Source: Chrysochromulina tobinii (taxonomy: Eukaryota). Taken from it: DNA of 36,289 bases. The notes below the pieces were generated by a model. That model did not search any database. It was not told where the DNA came from and was given only the letters and a program-made list of their open reading frames with translations. The stretch's first letter is position 1. Every line of letters begins with the position of its first letter. The translations under genes were made by a program, and so were the position numbers. The stretch covers positions 1-36,289 of the forward strand of contig JWZX01003196.1 of the NCBI GenBank assembly GCA_001275005.1, written 5' to 3'. This document shows, one piece after another, positions 18,677 to 28,067 of this stretch.

Positions 18677-20920
18677 CTACGAGTCTCGCGATTGGTCGCT
18701 GCCGGCGTCCGCTCCACTCCTTGTTGCAGCGGCCTTCGCGCCCTTGGCGATCCGGATCTGAGCCTCGAGCACGTCGCGCTGCACCTGCCAGAAGACGGCC
18801 TCCTCGAGGTTCTCGGCAGCCTCGCATGCGCAGCTCAACTCCTCGAGCAAGATGAGAATGAACCTCTCGGGGCGCAGCTCGCGCACGTACTCATCGTGCA
18901 GCTGGCTCGCAGGCATCGCGACGCTCGCGTAGGCGGGCAGGTCGTGCCGGCCTCGCAGGCGACCCTCGGCCAGCACATCTATGTACAGTTCCTCCTGCTC
19001 ACGTTGCGCGGGCAGGCGCAGAAGGTAGCGTGGCGATCGTGCGCTGCGGAGCACAGGGGGCAGCTCGAGCTCAACGAGCTGAAGCGGCAGCCCCAGCCGG
19101 CGCGCAAGTGCTGCGTAGAGGACACAGAGCATGAAGACAGCCGCCGGGCCGCCCGAGCGACGAACGAGATGCGCTAGGCTTGTGTGATCGGCTGTCGCAT
19201 CACCCTGATCGCGTGCTGTGTACCGACAGACCTCGAAGAGGAGCAGGTTGAGGGAAAGCAACCCGTTCTCCATCGACATCCTCCCAAACTGCGCCGCAGG
19301 CACGACGCGCAGCGGCGCACTGCCCACGCCGTTCACGTTCACGCCGGCACGCGGCAGCGCTCGGGTTCTCGTGCGGCCCGCGCTTCCCTGAGCGCCCGCA
19401 CTTCCCTGAGCGCCCGCGCTGCCCTGAGCGCTTCCCCTGGGGCGGTACGCAGCGCGATTGCGCACCGAGGAGCGCGCGGCACGAACGGCATCGCCGTGCC
19501 GAGGCGGTGAGGCGACGGGCGACGGGTCTTTGGGCGGCGTCTCGACGGCCCCCGGCTGCATCTGCGCGTCGAGCTCGCGAGTGAACCAGATGTACCCCGC
19601 TTGCTCCGCGAGTGAGTCGAGGCCTTCCCATACGTCCGTAAAGTTGTCGCGAGCGTACAGGACGCGGTGTACGGTGAGTGCCACGTCCTCAAGGGTTAGC
19701 ACTCCATCGTCGCCGGTCTCGCCGCCGCTCTCGGGGCCGCTCTCGGGGCCGCTCCTGCTCTCACTGCTCCCTCCGCTGCCACTGCTCCCGCTGCCGTTGG
19801 GCGTTCCACTGCCTCTGCCACCGCCCATGCTGCCGCGGCTCCCACCGACGCCTCTGCGATCGCCGGCGCGCGCCTTGCCGACACTGCCGTCGCCGTCGGC
19901 GATGCGGAAGCGGCTCTCGCGGGCGAGGAGGGGCGCGAGGCGTCTCCACACGTCCGCCGCACGCGTGGCCGCCCGTTGCAGCCCCTCGAGCACCTCCGAC
20001 TCGGTACGCGACAGCCGAGCTTGGCGCGCGTACTCACCGCCCACTCCCTCGATGAGACTGAAGTACAGGTCCTCTGGGTTGAGGGCCTGCGCGCCCGTGG
20101 CGTTCGCATCCAGAACGGACGCGTCCAGGGCGGACGCGCCGGTACGCTCGCATAGCGCGGGGGCCGACGCCGCCGCGGGCAGCCAGACGGCCGCGTCGAG
20201 CTCCTCGCGCAGCTTGTCCGGAGACCATTGGCACGCAGCGGCGTAAAAGTCAAACTCGGACGCGTCGGCCGCGCCGATGGAGACCATGCGTGCCGCGGCG
20301 GCTGGCGTGCACTCCCACAGCCCAAACAGGACCTGATTGGCGTCGGGCACGTCGCACCGGCGCGTGAGCACGCGCAATCCACGCCGAGCTGCGAGCACAT
20401 CTCCGCCGATGTACAGCGGGCGCGTGCGAAACGGGCGCAAGAGAAGGTCGTCCCGCCGCGCGAGGAGGTCGGCAATGGTCCGATTGGCCGGTCGTTGCAT
20501 CAGCAGTCCAACGGTGCCCTCCGTCTCTGAGTGCTCGAGCACAAGGACCACCGCACGGCGCAGCAGTGGCTGCTCGGGGAAGACGGCATGCGGCTGGGCC
20601 AGAAGGACGCAGCCGCGCTCAGGCACGGCCAGCTCGTGCACCCACCAACGCGAGCGTGATGGGGGTGCAGAGGGTGCCGGAGGCGGCGGGAGGCCCCAGT
20701 TGTAATTGTCATCAGGTCCGGGCGGCACCTCACCGCGATTGCGTGAGGAGTGCTCACCGTCGATCAGCATGGCACGGAGCTCCCGCCAATCGAAGTGTGG
20801 CCTCTCGCCCGCGAGAAGGGTGACTGACGGGTGGCGGACGGCAGCGAACCTCACTGCTGCCAACCTTGGCGGAGACCAGACCAGAGTGCAGGAGCTCAAC
20901 ATCATAATCACACAAAACAT
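18677..20920 (-). CDS. DUF179 (AlgH/YqgE-like) + transglutaminase-like (SirB1/Transglut_core2-type) fusion with N-terminal signal/transit peptide
   Basis: GCVLLAQP...RRAVVLVLEHSETEGTVGLLMQRP...LYIGGDV...FYAAACQWSPDKLREEL; later LNLLLFEVCRY...SLAHLVRRSGG...LCVLYAALARRLGLPL...YLLR...LYIDVLAEGRL. Likely start MFCVIMMLSS at 20920. Confidence 0.8.
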   Translation of the reverse strand: MFCVIMMLSSCTLVWSPPRLAAVRFAAVRHPSVTLLAGERPHFDWRELRAMLIDGEHSSRNRGEVPPGPDDNYNWGLPPPPAPSAPPSRSRWWVHELAVPERGCVLLAQPHAVFPEQPLLRRAVVLVLEHSETEGTVGLLMQRPANRTIADLLARRDDLLLRPFRTRPLYIGGDVLAARRGLRVLTRRCDVPDANQVLFGLWECTPAAAARMVSIGAADASEFDFYAAACQWSPDKLREELDAAVWLPAAASAPALCERTGASALDASVLDANATGAQALNPEDLYFSLIEGVGGEYARQARLSRTESEVLEGLQRAATRAADVWRRLAPLLARESRFRIADGDGSVGKARAGDRRGVGGSRGSMGGGRGSGTPNGSGSSGSGGSSESRSGPESGPESGGETGDDGVLTLEDVALTVHRVLYARDNFTDVWEGLDSLAEQAGYIWFTRELDAQMQPGAVETPPKDPSPVASPPRHGDAVRAARSSVRNRAAYRPRGSAQGSAGAQGSAGAQGSAGRTRTRALPRAGVNVNGVGSAPLRVVPAAQFGRMSMENGLLSLNLLLFEVCRYTARDQGDATADHTSLAHLVRRSGGPAAVFMLCVLYAALARRLGLPLQLVELELPPVLRSARSPRYLLRLPAQREQEELYIDVLAEGRLRGRHDLPAYASVAMPASQLHDEYVRELRPERFILILLEELSCACEAAENLEEAVFWQVQRDVLEAQIRIAKGAKAAATRSGADAGSDQSRDS

Positions 20921-21067
20921 TGAGAACCAGAGACCGCTCTGGAGTTCACGAAGAACTCGGCTCTGCACGGCATACGAAAGAGACACTGCGGAAAGTATTA
21001 TTCCACCGTTGATAGGTATGTTCATATTCTCGTGTGAAAAAGGCTCGCGCGGGAGCCCGCGGCGGTG

Positions 21068-22372
21068 ATGTCTGCGGCTCTGGTCGGGCTCGATGGCATC
21101 AAGGACGTGAAGCGGCATGACCGTTCGATCCGACTTTGGGGTGCGGCCACGCAGCGCGGCCTTCAGGGCGCGCAGGTCCTCGTGCTCGGCGCCAATGGCC
21201 TGTCCAACGAGGTGTGCAAGAACCTCGTGCTCTCGGGCATAGGCCGCCTAGTCATCCAAGACGCGGGCGTGCTGAGCGCCGAAGACCTCAAGAAGAGTGC
21301 GCTCTTCTCGGTGCCGCCCGAGCGCGCGGGCGCCAGCCGTGCACAGCTGCTCGCCGAGCACCTCAAGGAGATGAACCCGAGCGTCAACGTTGAAGGCAAG
21401 CAAGCCAACGTGACGAGCTTCGACGCAGCGTTCCTGCGCACTTTCCACTTTATCATCGCGACCTCGCGCGGCGTCGAGTCTATCCGCGAGGCCGATGTGT
21501 GCACCGCGGTACTTGAGGGGCGCGGCGGCGCGGACGAGACGACGGGCGAGCCGCCCGACGAGCCGCAAGCGAAGCGGCATTGCGCCAACGGCGACAGCGG
21601 GCCGCCAGTCGCGCGCAGCAACGGCGCCCACGTCGTGGTTCCGCTGCGCAAGCTTTGCGAGCCCGGCGCGTCGCCAATGCCGCGCATTCTCGCCGCGGCC
21701 ACCATCGGGCTCGAGGGCTTCTGCTTCTTCGACCTGGGAGAGGCGCGCTGCATGCTGTCGCCCAAGAAGGCGGCGGCGGAGGCGCAGGCGCCGCCCGCCG
21801 ACGAAATGCCCGTGGGCGTGTGGGAGCGCGCCTACTACCCGACCATCAAGTCGGCCTGCTCCGTCGAGTGGCCATCACTCACCACCCGCGTGCCGCGCCT
21901 GTACTACGCGGTGCAGCTGCTGCGGCATGCCGCAAGCTCTCTCACGGCAGGATCGAGGTCCCCCGTGCCCTCACCCGTGCCCTCGTCGCTCGCCGACGCG
22001 ACGTCCCTGCTGCCCGCTGGCTCGTCGGACGCGACGGTGGAGCGGCTGCAGACGATGCTCACGCGCCGTGCCGAGCTGCTCCACGGCGAGGGCAAGGGTG
22101 AGGCCGCCAAGCTGTTGACCCCCTCCTACTTGGCGGAGGTGGCGCAGAACGTCGGCTACGAGCTCGCCCCCGTGTGCGCCGTCGTGGGCGGCATGGTCGC
22201 CTCCGAGGTCATCAAGATCATTTCGAACAAGGAGCGGCCGGTGAACAACACCTTCTTCTTCGACGGCACCTCTGCCGACGGCATCATCCTGCGCCTCGGG
22301 CCGAGCTTCGATACCTCGTCGGGTGTAGACAAGGGTGAGTTTAAGGAGCTAAAGTCGTGGGAGCAGCCGTGA
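21068..22372 (+). CDS. SAE1: SUMO-activating enzyme subunit 1 (Aos1; ThiF family)
   Basis: RHDRSIRLWGAATQRGLQGAQVLVLGANGLSNEVCKNLVLSGIG, LKEMNPSVNV, APVCAVVGGMVASEVIKIISNKERPVNNTFFFDG. Confidence 0.9.
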   Translation: MSAALVGLDGIKDVKRHDRSIRLWGAATQRGLQGAQVLVLGANGLSNEVCKNLVLSGIGRLVIQDAGVLSAEDLKKSALFSVPPERAGASRAQLLAEHLKEMNPSVNVEGKQANVTSFDAAFLRTFHFIIATSRGVESIREADVCTAVLEGRGGADETTGEPPDEPQAKRHCANGDSGPPVARSNGAHVVVPLRKLCEPGASPMPRILAAATIGLEGFCFFDLGEARCMLSPKKAAAEAQAPPADEMPVGVWERAYYPTIKSACSVEWPSLTTRVPRLYYAVQLLRHAASSLTAGSRSPVPSPVPSSLADATSLLPAGSSDATVERLQTMLTRRAELLHGEGKGEAAKLLTPSYLAEVAQNVGYELAPVCAVVGGMVASEVIKIISNKERPVNNTFFFDGTSADGIILRLGPSFDTSSGVDKGEFKELKSWEQP

Positions 22373-22708
22373 GGCTTCCCTTGGGGGCAGCAGTGACGAG
22401 CCCGGGGCAAGCCCGCCACGAGACAGACGAGCAGCTGGACGCGCTGAGGGTGGAGAGAGGAGGAAAGTGTACCATGCATCGTCTGGCGCCGTGGCGCGCG
22501 CCACCCCACGACTGGCCCAGTGGGTCGGGTTGCTTCTGCGATAGGTCTGGAATCAAACAACTGACGGCTAGGCCCCCCAAAAATCAAATGTGGCATGCAT
22601 TCAAGGTTAGAAGACGGGCGACGATTGGTCAAATTTGTACAAAGTTAATTAAAGTGAAGGAGTCACGATGGTCAAGCCCGCACCCGCGGAACGGAACAGA
22701 CAACTGGA

Positions 22709-24367
22709 ATGCCACAGGCGCCCAGCAAGAAGGTTGAGATCCATGGCGACTTAGGAGCGCCCATCAAGAAGAAATCATTTCTCGCTGCTGCTGTTGGTCG
22801 TCTCTCGCTCCGAAAGCGCGCGCTGCCCAGCCCCAAGCCGGCGATGGAGCCAGAGGTGGCAATCACTAGTAGGCATATCACGACGCAGAGTGCCGGTCCA
22901 CTCAGCTCCAAGATGCCCGAGCCGCCTACGCCCACCCGAGCCGACCGAGCCGCCCGAGCCGACCGAGCCGACCGCGGAGATATATGAGTTTGAGCTCCCG
23001 CCTGATGCGAAGCCGGGCATGACGCTCAAGTTTCCCATCCCGGGCACATCAATGGACGTAGTGGAGATTACTGTGCCCGAGGGCGCCGAGCCTGGGCGCA
23101 CCATCTCGTTCTCATGGGCCGAGACAGTGGCCAAAGCTGAGCTGCCCGAGCAGACCGACGAAGAGCACAACGAAGGCGACTTGTTTGAGCTCGAGGTGCC
23201 GCCGAATGCAAAGCCTGGCATGAAGCTCAGGTTCTCCATCCCGGGCACGGAGGAGACAGTGATGATCACGGTGCCCGAAGGCGCCGAGCCCGGGCGCACC
23301 ATCTCGTTCTCGCTGCCCATGAACATCAACGAGGTGCCCGGTCCAAGCTGATCGATCACGAGGGCCATTCGGCGCAGAAGATCCAGGCACGGGTGCGCGG
23401 CAGGCATGGCCGGCAAGTGCTCAATGGGCAGCGCAAGTCGGCCACTGTGATCCAGGCGCATGTGCGAGGCAGGCACGGCCGGGTGGTGCTCCATGCACAG
23501 GCCGAGTCCGCCACGATGATCCAGGCGCACGTGCGCGGCCAGCACGACCGGGCGGCCATTCGCTCCAGGATTGAGGCCGAGGCCTTCGAGGCGGCAGCAA
23601 CATCTTCGACAACATCTGAGGCAACAACCACGGACCCGGTGGTGCCGACGGTGGCGGAGGTTGCGTACTCCAACCTGCTCACTGGTGTCTTGTCGGAGGT
23701 TGTGATCGAGAAGCGTGAAAGGGACTCGAGCCTCGGCATCCAGCTCTCAGGCGATGGGCACCCGTTTCTCGAGGCGGTTGCCCACGACGCGCTCGCGCAC
23801 GGCAAGCTCTTCGTCGGCGACCAGTTGCTCTCGATCAACGGATGGAATGCCGTTGGACACCTCGAAACCACTTACCGACTCGAGCGACTGACTGGGGCGA
23901 TCCGCGTGAGGGTCTTTCGCTGTGCTGTCGACCCCCGAGCGCCGCCGCCCGATGAGCACGCCGCAGGAGGCTTGATAACGAGCGCCCCGCCCTCGCCCCG
24001 TGCTGGCGAGGTCTTCAAGAGCGCCCCATCGACGCCCACGCCCGGGCACGAGGTCTTCATGACCGCCCCGTCGACGCCCGCCCCGCCCACGCCCACCGCC
24101 CTCACTTCGGCCTCAACTTCGGCCGCACTTTTTTCCCGCGTCGAGCCTATCGAGCCGTCCTCATCCGCGCCCACGACGGCGTCGACGACGGCGCCCTTGG
24201 GCATGCTCGTCGAGTCGTTCCTCAGGCGCCTCGCCCCGGAGCGAATCGCATCCGAAATGCAGGCATCACCATCACCGGTTAGTAGAGCACCAAGCTTCCA
24301 GCTCCATCGAGCCCATTTCGGAGTCCATGTCGAACCATCGTATGGAGCCGGGATCTCTGCTTCATAA
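22709..24367 (+). CDS. Multidomain scaffold: two ~45-aa beta-type repeats, three IQ motifs and a PDZ domain; frameshifts at ~22932 (+1) and ~23336 (-1); may continue into 24327..25046
   Basis: ORFs 22709..22987, 22794..23351 and 23393..24367 join by single-base indels; IQARVRGRHGR/IQAHVRGRHGR/IQAHVRGQHDR; PDZ SLGIQLSG...KLFVGDQLLSING at ~23696-23920. Confidence 0.7.
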
Positions 24368-25046
24368 GACCGAGCTCATCAAGAGCGAGCTGTGCCTGAG
24401 TGGCACCATGCTGGCCGTCGCCACGGAAGCGGCGAAGTATCTTGGAGTCGACATGGACGGCAAGAATTCGGCAGCGCTGATCAACGAGTGCCACCGCGAG
24501 CTCGCGTCTGAGCCGGCTGGCATCGAGGCTCCCGGATCTTTGCTTCGCAAGATCATCAACATCAAGAGCGAGCTTGGCCTGAGCGGCACCGTGCTGGCCA
24601 TCGCCCAGGAGGCGGCGATCATTCTGGGTGTCGGTGTGACCGGCAAGAATACAGCCACACTCATTCATGATTGCCACCAGGAGGTCGCACGCATGGAAGC
24701 TGGATCTCTGCTTCGGAAGACGGAAGTGATCAAGAGCGAGCTCGGCTTAAGAGGAACCATGCTGGCCGTCGCCACAGAAGCGGCGAAGTTTCTGGGAGTC
24801 GACATTGCAGGCAAGAGCACAGTCACTCTCATACATGAATGCCACCACGAGGTCACAGGCACGGAGACCGGATCTCTGCTCTACAAGATGGACCTGATCA
24901 AATGTGAGATGGGCCTCAGCGGCACCATCTCGGCTGTCGCCACAGAAGCGGCGATGCATCTGGGCGTCGACGCGACCGGCAAGAATTCAGCAGCACTCAT
25001 TCATGAGTGCTACCAGGAACTCACTGGCTTCAATCTATCAATCTGA
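24327..25046 (+). CDS. Four tandem ~55-60-aa helical repeats; separate ORF or C-terminus of the preceding gene (frameshift ~24279)
   Basis: GSLLxKxxxIKxELGLSGTxxAVATEAAxxLGVDxxGKNxAxLIxECxxE repeated four times; the frame is open upstream of the ATG and overlaps the PDZ ORF. Confidence 0.75.
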   Translation: MSNHRMEPGSLLHKTELIKSELCLSGTMLAVATEAAKYLGVDMDGKNSAALINECHRELASEPAGIEAPGSLLRKIINIKSELGLSGTVLAIAQEAAIILGVGVTGKNTATLIHDCHQEVARMEAGSLLRKTEVIKSELGLRGTMLAVATEAAKFLGVDIAGKSTVTLIHECHHEVTGTETGSLLYKMDLIKCEMGLSGTISAVATEAAMHLGVDATGKNSAALIHECYQELTGFNLSI

Positions 25047-25448
25047 AGCTGGTCTACAAAATGCTGCCATACTCTTGCCATAGGGTGCAGCAGAAAGCGC
25101 GACATTCCCCCCCGCGAACGGAGAACGGTGGAGCTTCGTGGAGCACTGAATGTGGATTAGATGTGGATGTGATGCGGCTGATGCAGGACCAAGCAACATC
25201 CATGTACCATGAATGCATGACAATATGTGTGTTCATCATCATGTGTGTTCGACAAATGTTCGACACGACACACGTCCTGTGCCTGTTAAATGTGTGATGT
25301 ACAGTGCCAGGTGATCAACCAGGTCGTGGTTTAGGGAACTCGCTGTGAATTCGAATGTGAGTGTGAAGCGGTCCGATCAACGGACCTCTCCTGACTCCTC
25401 TCTCCACACACTGGCTCCTAAACAGCAAGGTCCACAGCCAGCTCACAG

Positions 25449-27602
25449 ATGCCCGCCGGAGGGTCGGATGAGCAGCTGGTCAGCCTTGTCACCGGCCGAC
25501 CGCGCAAAGGTGGGCCGCCGGGCCAAGTCGAGCGCGAGGCCCTTGACCGGCAGCGCAGGGAACTCGCCAATCGACGGGAAATGGAGCGCGAGGAGGACCG
25601 CGAACAGTTGCAGTTGACAAACAAGAAGATTTTGGAGCACCTGAAGCAGGCTCTCGGCGAGTACGTGCCGAACTACTCCGCGCCGAAGTTGCGCGGTCTG
25701 GCCTCGCCACGCAATTTTTCGCTGCATTGGGGCTTTGGTACGCCTCTTGAGGTGCTTGATGACGTGGAACTGCTCACGCGAATGGTGCAGCTGAAGCAGA
25801 CTGCGCGCGAGCCGCAAGAGAGCGGGACGTCTACCACGTTTGAGCACCCTCGTGCGTCAGGTTCTGATGCCGCGATCGCCAGTCCTTCGTCGCTGGTGTC
25901 AGCCGCTGGTGCAGCCGCCGCGGAGCACAGGGATGGACAACCGCTGTCCATCGCTGCCAATCGCTGCCAGACGCCGCTGCGGACGCCGCCAGCCCGACGA
26001 GCGCCGCAGCTGGAGCCCACCGTGCCGGGCGGGAATCTGATGCCGCGGAAGCCGGAGCGGCCCTCGACAGCGCCGCTCCGCTTGCGCTCGCCACGCGCCG
26101 CCTCGCCCGCGCCGGCCGCTCCCCAGGCCGCGGGCTCGAACTCGGCAATTGCAGCCGCTCCATCTCCTTACTTGGACGTGGCGGGGCTCACGTCGAGGGA
26201 TGATTCGGTCCGCCAGCGGCTGGCCGAGATCCGGGCGCAGCAGCAGAAGGAGCAGGCAGCCGTCGCCACCAAGCTCGCGCAGCGCGCAGAGGAGGCCGGG
26301 CGGGTAGTGGAGGCGACATACGAGAGCCTTTGCAAGGAAGCACAGGGGCGCGTCGCCAAGTGGGCGGGCAAGCGCATGCAGGTGACGAAGCGCGTGAGCG
26401 ACGCGGCGGCCAGACGGGAGGCTGAGACCCTCAGCGAGCTGCAGCGAAAGACCGAGCGCGTAGAGGCGTGGCGCCAGGAGCAGGAGGTGGTGGCGCGGCA
26501 GCGTGCCGAAGCGCTTGCAAAGGAACGCGCCGAGGCGGCGATGCGCTTTGGTGAGCGGCTGCAAGCGCGCGAAGAGAGGCTGCAGAAAGCGGAGGAGTCC
26601 GCACAGCAGCAGCATGGGCGCAAGGCCGAAGAGCAGCGGCGGGAGGCCGAGCGGCGTGCTGCCGAGAGCGCAGAGCGCCAGCGCAAAAACCTTGAGGCTC
26701 GGCTTCGAATGGAGCGCGCTCTCGTGGAACGGATCGCCAAGACGGAGGAGAGTGTTCAGAAGAAGATCCAGCAGGTGGAACAGCTCAATGAGCATCGGCG
26801 ACAGGAGCTCGATGCGAAGCGGGACGCTGCCAAGCAAGCCATCCTGAAGGCGGTCGGCCTTGAGGCGAAGCCAGTCTCCTCGCCCGCATCCAAACCTTCC
26901 GCCTACCGCCCGGCGCCGCCTCTGCCGCCTGGGGCGGCGAGCCCCCGCGGAGCGCCCAGCCCCCGCGGAGCGGCCGCAGGGACATCGCCGCGGGCCGCAG
27001 GGGCATCACCGCGGCGCCCGCCCAAGGCGCACAACGGCAGCACGGGACTCGAGGAGAAGGTGCTCGAGTGTGCGCTTTGCAAGCAATCGTTCCGGGCGCT
27101 CCCGGGCATAGTGTACCTCAAGAACGTGGCGGAGAAGCGAGCGGAGTTTGGGGACCCCTCATTGATGCGCTGGTGCGAAGGACGGGGCGAGGACGAGCTG
27201 GAAGCCAAGGCCACGGACGAAGAGGCTGCGGGGCCCAACAACAGGCACCGCCGCCATCGTCGGCCGATCCCGAGGCTGCAGAAGATGTACGAGGAATGCC
27301 AGCTGTGCGTCTTCTGCACTCAATTCTTCACGGGCCGCCCCCATATTGACGACGCGAGGCTGTGGAACGCGGCGACGCCAATCACCAAGATGTTCCATAT
27401 CACGGAGCTCACAGCCAAACACCCTGACCACAAGACGATGACTGAGATGTACACGGCATGGCTGCGTGTGGTCGACCCTAAGCACAGTCGCGATGAGTAC
27501 ACCCGCCAGTTCCACGACTTGCTGCAGAGCGCGTGGACGGAGTATGTGCAGTGGCACACCGCCGGGCGGCCAGCGAGCAGCACGCCGGGCGCGGGGAGCT
27601 GA
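25449..27602 (+). CDS. Coiled-coil protein with C-terminal CxxC...CxxC (putative zinc-binding) domain
   Basis: 717-aa ORF; E/Q/R/A-rich coiled coil at ~26200-26850; CALCKQSF (27069) and CVFCTQFF (27306). Confidence 0.7.
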   Translation: MPAGGSDEQLVSLVTGRPRKGGPPGQVEREALDRQRRELANRREMEREEDREQLQLTNKKILEHLKQALGEYVPNYSAPKLRGLASPRNFSLHWGFGTPLEVLDDVELLTRMVQLKQTAREPQESGTSTTFEHPRASGSDAAIASPSSLVSAAGAAAAEHRDGQPLSIAANRCQTPLRTPPARRAPQLEPTVPGGNLMPRKPERPSTAPLRLRSPRAASPAPAAPQAAGSNSAIAAAPSPYLDVAGLTSRDDSVRQRLAEIRAQQQKEQAAVATKLAQRAEEAGRVVEATYESLCKEAQGRVAKWAGKRMQVTKRVSDAAARREAETLSELQRKTERVEAWRQEQEVVARQRAEALAKERAEAAMRFGERLQAREERLQKAEESAQQQHGRKAEEQRREAERRAAESAERQRKNLEARLRMERALVERIAKTEESVQKKIQQVEQLNEHRRQELDAKRDAAKQAILKAVGLEAKPVSSPASKPSAYRPAPPLPPGAASPRGAPSPRGAAAGTSPRAAGASPRRPPKAHNGSTGLEEKVLECALCKQSFRALPGIVYLKNVAEKRAEFGDPSLMRWCEGRGEDELEAKATDEEAAGPNNRHRRHRRPIPRLQKMYEECQLCVFCTQFFTGRPHIDDARLWNAATPITKMFHITELTAKHPDHKTMTEMYTAWLRVVDPKHSRDEYTRQFHDLLQSAWTEYVQWHTAGRPASSTPGAGS

Positions 27603-28067
27603 GCCGAGCGGACGGTGTGTGCGGAGCGCTGTAGGCCGCTTCCTTCGAGCTTCATATCGGGTCGAGCTTGTACACAGCGCAGAACCGGCGTAGTTCTGTT
27701 CTACCTACTACCTTTTTACCATCCATGCGCCGCCCCGATAGCGCGATACGTCCCACTCTAGTTCGACACTCTAGACTACGCTGCCCTGGCTGCACCGTGC
27801 ACGCGTGTGGGTGCTCGCTCCGACGCCGACGGCGCCCCCAGGGTCATCCCCGATCGCACAACGCACATCCGGGCCGGCACGGCGGCCGGGTCATCTCTCT
27901 AATACAGACGGCGTCCCCATAGCGTCCCCACATCCCTTCTCTATCTGGAATCTATTTGGCAAGGTCTGCGCTCGCTTCTATCAAGTTCGCCGCGCGATCA
28001 CAGGTCACTGACAGGTCTCACGCCCTGGGTGGCTGCCGCTCAGCACAGCGGGTGTCTTCTCAGTGCA

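Noticed and set aside
1804..22372. Ubiquitin/SUMO gene cluster (F-box, CS, transglutaminase-like, SAE1)
   Set aside because: These are common functional classes scattered among unrelated genes; there is no sign of co-regulation.
23349..23351. In-frame TGA as selenocysteine or readthrough
   Set aside because: The downstream IQ motifs are in a different frame, so a 1-bp deletion at ~23336 explains the break and readthrough would not.
24278..24301. gttagt...ttccag as a mini-intron joining the PDZ and repeat ORFs
   Set aside because: Only 24 nt and a multiple of three, so it would not correct the frame.
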